Shown: positions 57,641 through 64,000 of the stretch, in pieces
Layout: each line of letters opens with the position of its first letter
Numbering within the stretch: the first letter of the stretch is position 1
Assembly (NCBI GenBank): GCA_021839985.1
Contig: JAKBZO010000001.1
Location: 676 to 64,675, forward strand
Direction: 5' to 3'
DNA: 64,000 nucleotides
Origin: a bacterium
GTDB taxonomy: Bacteria; Patescibacteriota; Minisyncoccia; Phycocordibacterales; SBAW01
Notes under the pieces: model-generated
The model's input: the letters and a program-made list of their open reading frames with translations, nothing else
What the model was told of the DNA's origin: nothing
Database searches by the model: none
Made by a program: the position numbers and the translations under genes

Positions 57641-58738
57641 TTATCTATTCATCGGCATTGCGAGATAGAAAAACGAATCATCAGCCACATCTTGGATGAG
57701 CGCTGGTCTTCCGGCGCCATTGAGACGAATACGAACACTCTCCCCCGCAAGCGGCGTCAGACCATCAGCAAGATACTTGCTATTGAACGTCATCGTGATC
57801 TGCTCGCCGGAAACCGCCGCCTTCAGCACGCACTCTTCTTCTCCAACATCAGCATTACGAGATGAAAGATGCACGGTCTTTTCTTTTGGCTGAACCACGA
57901 ACACCACCTGCAAGAATTTATCATTGAACACGGAGAGCCCTTTGAGTGCTTGAGAGAGATCCTCACGCAGCAACACCACCTCGGTGTTGAAGGTCTTCGG
58001 CACGATCTGCGTGTAGTTCGGATAGGTTCCATCGAGGAGGCGGCTCGTGTAGTACACTCCTTCTAGTTGTATCGAAAATTGATTGTCGTTGTAGTACACC
58101 TCAACATCACCCTTCACTCCTTCAAGGATACGCACCAACTCGCCCACATTACGCGCTGGCATAAGAAGGTTCGGTACCGACCCTGGGCTTTTAAGCGCTG
58201 CTTGTTTTTCTGCGAGACGGAACGAGTCGGTCGCAACAAAATACAATTTCCCCACATCGCCGTACACTAGTACGCTCTGGAGTTCTGGTTTTACGTTCGA
58301 CACCGAGGCGCAGTTGAGTACCGATCTGATACCTTTAGCGAGATCTTGTGCTTTTACCACAAAGGAATGCTCTGCCGGTATGCGCGGAAGGATCGGGAAA
58401 TCATCATGGGGAATGGTTTTTATAGTTGCTGATGTTCTCTCGGTTTTTAACTTCATAACTCCACCATCGACCGTACATTCGATCGAATGCCCGTGACTAT
58501 TTGAAAGGAAACCTATCAAAGTCGCGCTGGAAATAGCTGTCGCACCCGAGGAAAGAACTCGCGCCGGCACCACCACCTCAACGCCATATTCAAGATTGGT
58601 TGCTCGAAGCACTACCGAGTCGCCGTTCGTCTCAAGATAGATCGAATTTAAAGTCGGCATGGTCCCGCCGCGCTGTACGAACCGCGCCGCGATCGATGCT
58701 GCCTCAACCAAGTTTTCCACCGTACATTCGAATTTCAT
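57641..58738 (-). CDS. dnaN: DNA polymerase III beta clamp
   Basis: ATNLE, ATDSFRLAE, SRLLDGTYPNY, FNSKYL, MPM. Confidence 0.96.
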   Translation of the reverse strand: MKFECTVENLVEAASIAARFVQRGGTMPTLNSIYLETNGDSVVLRATNLEYGVEVVVPARVLSSGATAISSATLIGFLSNSHGHSIECTVDGGVMKLKTERTSATIKTIPHDDFPILPRIPAEHSFVVKAQDLAKGIRSVLNCASVSNVKPELQSVLVYGDVGKLYFVATDSFRLAEKQAALKSPGSVPNLLMPARNVGELVRILEGVKGDVEVYYNDNQFSIQLEGVYYTSRLLDGTYPNYTQIVPKTFNTEVVLLREDLSQALKGLSVFNDKFLQVVFVVQPKEKTVHLSSRNADVGEEECVLKAAVSGEQITMTFNSKYLADGLTPLAGESVRIRLNGAGRPALIQDVADDSFFYLAMPMNR

Positions 58739-58946
58739 AGTATTTGTTTTTAAATTAAATAAATCTCAAAATGAAGTAAGAAGGGGGTGTGGATAGTGGA
58801 TAGTAAAGAAGAGTGGTGTGGAATAAGTATTTTTTGTTTAGTTGGGAGTCTTGTTAGTTGTGGATTGTTCGGTGGGGTTGTGGATGGCTGCTGCGGTTCC
58901 CTTATTGCTCAGTTTTTACGAACGTCCTGTCCGTATCTTATCCACA
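58739..58946. other. Probable oriC (dnaA-dnaN intergenic region)
   Basis: TTATCCACA at 58938-58946; near-matches at 58788, 58817, 58859 and 58879; AT-rich 58741-58775; another exact box at 60346-60354. Confidence 0.8.
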
Positions 58947-60281
58947 TCATCTCAACATGTTCCGTATCTGCTGAAGTTCTTGTAATAATTCACTATTGGT
59001 CTGGGTGTCCTTTTTGACTTTCTCGCACGAGTGAATGACAGTTGTGTGGTCGCGACCACCGAGCTTCTCGCCGATCGTTGGGAATGAGATCTTGAAATCC
59101 TCGCGCAGGATATACATAACGACCTGGCGCGGGTGGACCACCTCTTTTCGGCGCGTCTTTTCGTAAATATCGTTCTCTTCGATGTTATAGAATTCAGCGA
59201 TAATTTTAACGATCTCAGGGATGGAGATCGACTTCTTCGGCGCCGCGGCAGCGCGCAGGAGCTCTTTTACATCAATCAGCGAGAGTGGGCCATCGCGCAT
59301 TTCCAGCGAGAGAAGAAGAGTGTTGATCGCGCCTTCAAGCTCGCGCACGTTGCCGTTCACGGTCGATGCGACATAGTCGGAGATCTCGTCCGGCAGTACG
59401 CTGCCGCGCGAGGCGGCTTTTGCACGCACGATCGCCACGCGGCTCTCATGATCGGGCGGCGTGATCGACACCACCATGCCTTGGCTGAAGCGCGACTTAA
59501 GGCGATCAACGAGTTTTTGGATCAGATTAGGGTGCTGGTCTGACGAGAACACGAGCTGACGGTTCTTGTCGAAGAGCGCGTTGAATAGGTGGAAGAGCTC
59601 TTCCTGCGTACCGCTTTTTCCGGAGAGGAATTGGATGTCATCCATGACAAGCAGGTCGTACTCGCGGTACTTTTCTTTGAACGCAGGGATGCGGCTCGAT
59701 TGCATCGCGGCGACGTACTCCAGATAGAACTTCTCTGACGTGATGTAGTAGATCTTCCGCTCCGGCGCTTGTGCGCGGAAACTATTCCCTATCGCTTGAA
59801 TAAGATGCGTCTTACCAAGACCCGGTTCGCCGTACACAAAGAGCGGGTTGTAGGCAATGCCCGGCTTCTTGGAGACCGCCTGAGCGGCGGCGTGTGCGAG
59901 TTCATTGAATGGACCCACGATGAACGAGTTGAAGGTGTAGCGCGGATTGAGGTTGGTCTGAGAATGGACATTCTCAAGCGGCAGCTCGCCAAGCGACGTC
60001 GCAGGGCGAACCTCCTCCGCGCTTTTTTTCGGATGTTTCGAGATGATGTATTCGACCGAACGAACATTCTCCGAAAGACGGCGCAGAGAAGCGAGAATGA
60101 GTTTGTGATATTTGGTCGCGAACCAGTCGCGGATGAATTGGCTCGGAACGCCGACGAATACGACGCCGTCGTCGACGCGGACGATGTGGGTGTCGCGGAA
60201 CCAGGTATTAAAGGCGGCTTTCGGGATGGTGAGTTCGAGATCGGTAAGGGCGTTCTCCCAGAGTTCGCGCGTGGTGGTCAT
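58947..60281 (-). CDS. dnaA: Chromosomal replication initiator DnaA
   Basis: LNPRYTF, YNPLFVYGEPGLGKTHL, DDIQF, RDHTTVIH. Confidence 0.98.
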   Translation of the reverse strand: MTTTRELWENALTDLELTIPKAAFNTWFRDTHIVRVDDGVVFVGVPSQFIRDWFATKYHKLILASLRRLSENVRSVEYIISKHPKKSAEEVRPATSLGELPLENVHSQTNLNPRYTFNSFIVGPFNELAHAAAQAVSKKPGIAYNPLFVYGEPGLGKTHLIQAIGNSFRAQAPERKIYYITSEKFYLEYVAAMQSSRIPAFKEKYREYDLLVMDDIQFLSGKSGTQEELFHLFNALFDKNRQLVFSSDQHPNLIQKLVDRLKSRFSQGMVVSITPPDHESRVAIVRAKAASRGSVLPDEISDYVASTVNGNVRELEGAINTLLLSLEMRDGPLSLIDVKELLRAAAAPKKSISIPEIVKIIAEFYNIEENDIYEKTRRKEVVHPRQVVMYILREDFKISFPTIGEKLGGRDHTTVIHSCEKVKKDTQTNSELLQELQQIRNMLR

Positions 60282-60501
60282 GGGGGCATTATAGCGGCAC
60301 AGCCTCTTTCGCGGAATACCCTCTCTGCCGCACTAAAATCGAACATGTGGATAACCTGGGGAAAACTAGCATGACGAGGAAAGAAAATGTACGAAGTTGT
60401 TGGGGGCACGCTATGCCAACATAAGGCGCCTGCAAACTCATGCGAGCAGACCGCCGGGTAGTTTGTTGATTAAATCTTATACTTGCGGTATAGTGCCTTT
60501 T

Positions 60502-60651
60502 ATGAAACGAACGTATCAGCCGAAAAAGCGCAAGCGCGCTCGAACGCACGGCTTTTTGGCGAAGACCGCCACGGCTGCTGGCCGTAAAGTGCTCGCCCGC
60601 CGCCGACAAAAAGGACGCGCACGCATAGCGATCAACACAACTGTAAAGTAA
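60502..60651 (+). CDS. rpmH: 50S ribosomal protein L34
   Basis: [18 protein letters not shown]. Confidence 0.97.
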   Translation: MKRTYQPKKRKRARTHGFLAKTATAAGRKVLARRRQKGRARIAINTTVK

Positions 60652-60722
60652 AACAACCCCGATCCGGGGCTGTTTTAGTTAGTGGTGTTGGTATGACGTG
60701 CTGGGGTATAGTTAGTCTACTC

Positions 60723-61067
60723 ATGCTTCCCTATCCACGACGACTACGGACCGCCGAAGTTTCCGAGGTCATGCGCCGCGGATCTTTTGTGCGCGGCCGC
60801 TTCATGACGGCGCGGGTGCTTCGCGCGGCGGCGGAGAAGTCTGTGGGTGGAGATGATACAATACGAGCAGCGGCGGTCGTTTCCAAGAAAGTCGCCAAGA
60901 CCGCGGTAGTGCGTAATCGCGCGCGTCGGGCATTGTACAGCGCGGTCGCGTCGATCGGAACACCAACGCCGCTGCGTATCGTGTTCGTCGTGAACACGCT
61001 CCCCAACGAAGCATACGAACGCGCATTTGCCGCCGACGCGGCTTCCATTATTTCCGCATTAACATAA
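60723..61067 (+). CDS. rnpA: RNase P protein component
   Basis: VSKKVAKTAVVRNRARR; synteny. Confidence 0.9.
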   Translation: MLPYPRRLRTAEVSEVMRRGSFVRGRFMTARVLRAAAEKSVGGDDTIRAAAVVSKKVAKTAVVRNRARRALYSAVASIGTPTPLRIVFVVNTLPNEAYERAFAADAASIISALT

Positions 61068-61077
61068 TCTCTTTGGC

Positions 61078-61791
61078 ATGTTTACGACCTATTTAGTGCA
61101 GCCGATCTACAACGCCTTTATTTTTACCCTCGGGCTTATGCCGGGCGGTGATGTTGGCATGGCGATCATTGTGATCACTCTGCTCATCCGCTTCATCTTT
61201 TTCCCCATGTTCGCCTCCGCCATCCGCACGCAGATGGCGCTTCAGGTGGTGCAGCCGGAGCTCGCCGACATCAACGAGCGATACAAGGAAGACCCGATGG
61301 AACGCTCCCGCAGAACAGCAGAGCTTTTCGATCGGCACAAGATACGGCCGTTCACCATGCTCTTTTCGACCGTTGTGCAGGTGGCGGTGTTCATCGCCCT
61401 CTCATATGTTTTCTTTCGTCTCGGTCTCGCCAAGATCCATACCGAGCTTTTGTATTCGTTCGTACATGCGCCGGGCGTGATAAGCGAGCGCCTCTTCGGC
61501 ATAGTCGATCTCACCGGAACGCGCAGCATCGTGATCACGGTGCTGGTCGTGGCCGCGCAGTATTACGCGATGCGGCTTACTCTCGCGCGTACCGCAGCTG
61601 CCGCTTCGGCCACGATGAAACCGGCACAGAAGCAGATGCAGGAAATGCAGCGCACCATGATGCTCTACTTTTTCCCCGCTATGATGGCGTTCGTCGGCTA
61701 CACCTTTCCGGCGGCTGTCGGCGTCTATGTGATCACCACGAGCGTTGTTTCCATCGCGCAGGAACTGTACTTTAAACACCGACCGCTCTAG
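61078..61791 (+). CDS. yidC: Membrane insertase YidC/Oxa1
   Basis: GMAIIVITLLIR, QPEL.DI.ERYK, AVGVY; synteny. Confidence 0.9.
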   Translation: MFTTYLVQPIYNAFIFTLGLMPGGDVGMAIIVITLLIRFIFFPMFASAIRTQMALQVVQPELADINERYKEDPMERSRRTAELFDRHKIRPFTMLFSTVVQVAVFIALSYVFFRLGLAKIHTELLYSFVHAPGVISERLFGIVDLTGTRSIVITVLVVAAQYYAMRLTLARTAAAASATMKPAQKQMQEMQRTMMLYFFPAMMAFVGYTFPAAVGVYVITTSVVSIAQELYFKHRPL

Positions 61792-61886
61792 GTAGTCGGC
61801 AGAATGCAGTCGGCAGTTACATTGCAACCTGCGTACTGCGTCCTGCCAACTTGAGTTATAGGGTTCTTTGCGGTAAGGTGTCTGAT

Positions 61887-62336
61887 ATGGATGCCGACGC
61901 ACTCAAGCAACTGGTTGGAGATATGCTCAGCGCGCTTTGCGTGTCGGTCGACACGATCGAGGTCTCAAGCGGGGGGCGGACAGTCGTGGCGGTCTCGACG
62001 CCTGACTCCAGCCTCGTGATCGGCGAGAGAGGAGAAACGCTGCAGGCGCTCAACACACTAGCTCGCCGCATCGCGGAGAAGCGATCGGGAAGAGAAGCAG
62101 CGAGTTTTCTTATCGACGTGAATGGATATCATGAAGGTCGTCTGCAGGAGATGCGCGACAAGGTCAAACTTCTTGCTGAACGCGCGCGAACTTTCAACCA
62201 TGAGGTTGAGCTCGAACCGATGAGTTCCTATGAGCGGCTCGTTGTCCACGAGATGTTCGCAGAAGATCCGAACATCGAGACCGAATCTCGCGGCGAAGGC
62301 AAGATACGGCACATCGTTTTGAAGTGCAAGAAATAG
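61887..62336 (+). CDS. Jag/KhpB KH-R3H RNA-binding protein
   Basis: IGERGETLQAL, IDVNGY, PMSSYERLVVH, ESRGEG. Confidence 0.88.
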   Translation: MDADALKQLVGDMLSALCVSVDTIEVSSGGRTVVAVSTPDSSLVIGERGETLQALNTLARRIAEKRSGREAASFLIDVNGYHEGRLQEMRDKVKLLAERARTFNHEVELEPMSSYERLVVHEMFAEDPNIETESRGEGKIRHIVLKCKK

Positions 62337-62448
62337 CCGGCAGCTATCAGCTAAAAGGTTTCAGAATAAACCATGAGCCCCGGAGAAGCGAAGCTTCTCC
62401 GGGGCTCATTCTGTTACCTGACAGCTGATAGTTGACACCTACTACCTG

Positions 62449-63708
62449 TTACCTATTCAGTCTCACGCCCCACAGCGAGCCGTCATCTTTGGCGATGAAG
62501 GAGAGATACTGCCCGCTCTGCGAGAGCGCAAGATCGACCATGTCGGACGGCTCGCCACCATCGCGAGAGCCTGGTGTTGCCAAAGGAAGAGAGAGCCCGG
62601 TGCCGCCGTCGAGCGACACGAGCGCGCTGGGGAAGCTCGCTTCACCGCTGTGCCAGAGGTCGAGATAATTCGCTGGGGCCGATGAAGAGGGGGCGGCACA
62701 ATAGGCGCGGGTGGTGGACGCTGTGCTCCATACGCAGGTCTCCGGTATAGGAGCTTCAAGGGAAGAAGCCGCGGGTGCGGAATAGACGACACCCCCCGTC
62801 TTGAGATCTTCTATAAAAAGAGTTGAACGCGGGCCTGAGTCGATGCGGTGAACAAGTGATGCAAATGATGGGTCGGCGCTCGCGGTAATGCCTGCGCCGG
62901 AGAGGAGGGGTGCGATCGCTCCGGTCGTCGCATCCAGCGAGAAGACGATGCCCCCAACACCAGAGGCGCTGTTGGTGTAGAACATGAGCGTGGTTTTCGA
63001 CGGCCAAGCGAGCTGGATATGCGAAAGAGGTGTGGTGGCGAGCGCTTTGGCGCCGCTGCCGTCCGCCGCGGCGGTATAGAGCGTAAGGCCGGCGTTCCCC
63101 GCCGAGAGTGCGTATGCGATCGAAGTGCCGCTTGGCGCCGCGGCGAGCGCCATGATGTTGTCCGGTAGAAAGCGCACGGTCACACCGGCGGCCGGCGTTG
63201 TTGTGCCGGCGGCGGGCAGCGAAAGATGCGCGCTCTTGATAGTGCCGCCCTGGAGGTATTGAACGATAACGCCGTGCCCCGCTTCGGTGAAGAGCGCATG
63301 GAGCACTCCCGGTATGGTCGTGTTCGATACGGTTCGCGGTGCGGCGCCCGGCACATCAAGCGGCAGGTCGATCACGTGTCCATCAAGACCGGTGATGTAG
63401 CGCGCGCTGGTCGTGGTCGGCGCGCCGCCCTCGATGAGGGTGGCGGCGACGATCGGGCCGCCGGCGATCTTGAAGATCGGCGGTCCGGCATAGGTGCTCG
63501 TTCCGGTCGCGAACGAGGGCAAGGAAACGCCGCCACTTATCCCGCCGGACGTGGCCAGCCCCCCGACTGTCGAGGAGGTGCCGAACCCCCCGCCACCCTG
63601 CGGCGTCGCCGCCGGTTTGCCGAAGAACGAAATGACGAGCAGAACCAGCGCCACGATCGCAATAAGACCGCTGAGCGCTAGCACGATATTTTTCCAATTG
63701 ATCTTCAT
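62449..63708 (-). CDS. Membrane-anchored beta-propeller-like protein
   Basis: N-terminal TM, Gly/Thr linker, TolB-like repeats (APSGTSIAY, SQSGQYLSF). Confidence 0.6.
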   Translation of the reverse strand: MKINWKNIVLALSGLIAIVALVLLVISFFGKPAATPQGGGGFGTSSTVGGLATSGGISGGVSLPSFATGTSTYAGPPIFKIAGGPIVAATLIEGGAPTTTSARYITGLDGHVIDLPLDVPGAAPRTVSNTTIPGVLHALFTEAGHGVIVQYLQGGTIKSAHLSLPAAGTTTPAAGVTVRFLPDNIMALAAAPSGTSIAYALSAGNAGLTLYTAAADGSGAKALATTPLSHIQLAWPSKTTLMFYTNSASGVGGIVFSLDATTGAIAPLLSGAGITASADPSFASLVHRIDSGPRSTLFIEDLKTGGVVYSAPAASSLEAPIPETCVWSTASTTRAYCAAPSSSAPANYLDLWHSGEASFPSALVSLDGGTGLSLPLATPGSRDGGEPSDMVDLALSQSGQYLSFIAKDDGSLWGVRLNR

Positions 63709-63740
63709 GAGAAGGATGTTCGACCGCGGCCACCGCACGA

Positions 63741-63974
63741 TCACGGCTGCTGCCCGTAGCCTTGCGCATCTTGGAGCGGAGCAGCCGATGAAGAGTTATT
63801 TGAAGAATCCGAACCAGAGGAGCCTGACACGACTGAATTGGTGCCGGTCTGCTGGAGATTGAGTCGGCTGCCAAGATTTGAGAGGTCGGCAAAATTCGTA
63901 AGATTCGGATTGATGGTAGTGAGAATGGTGACCGAGCCGAGCAGAAGGATGAGGCCCCAGACAGACTTCTTCAT
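63741..63974 (-). CDS. Small membrane protein or 3' part of a pilin-like gene
   Basis: GLILLLGSVTILTTINPNL hydrophobic segment; the frame may extend beyond the window. Confidence 0.45.
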   Translation of the reverse strand: MKKSVWGLILLLGSVTILTTINPNLTNFADLSNLGSRLNLQQTGTNSVVSGSSGSDSSNNSSSAAPLQDAQGYGQQP

Positions 63975-64000
63975 GCGGGTGGCGGCGCGCGACTTGTCGC

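Noticed and set aside
1-64000. CRISPR array, rRNA, intact transposase/integrase, DGR template repeat
   Set aside because: No repeat-spacer periodicity, rRNA signature, recombinase motif or AAC-rich TR was noticed on reading; a short degenerate TR could have been missed.

Overview
This is a GC-rich chromosomal segment read with the standard bacterial code. Gene content and compaction point to a Patescibacteria/CPR bacterium, probably Parcubacteria (inference). It includes the replication-origin region (dnaN-oriC-dnaA, rpmH-rnpA-yidC-jag), ileS/argS/tyrS, a thymidylate cluster (glyA, thyA, dcd, CYTH, folA), secE-nusG-rplK with no adjacent rplA, pilM/N/O-like genes and pilB, ruvA/B/C/X, polA, murE, a class A PBP and eight tRNA genes. 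The most unusual signals are non-coding or accessory. (1) Five tRNA genes are followed by folded elements built from copies of the tRNA 3' end. Two of these share a 95-nt core in which 10 of 12 differences are compensatory base-pair changes. (2) A LAGLIDADG ORF and an HNH ORF each run into the 5' end of a tRNA gene, and the LAGLIDADG ORF is preceded by a tRNA-Leu 5'-half remnant. (3) A decayed diversity-generating retroelement (DGR) is present, plus a second DGR-target-like gene with a similar structured leader. (4) A perfect 26-bp-arm palindrome lies inside folA. (5) A family of ~120-nt palindromic elements sits just after stop codons. (6) Many core genes look leaderless, while accessory genes carry Shine-Dalgarno (SD) sites. 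All calls come from reading the sequence by eye; no searches were run.
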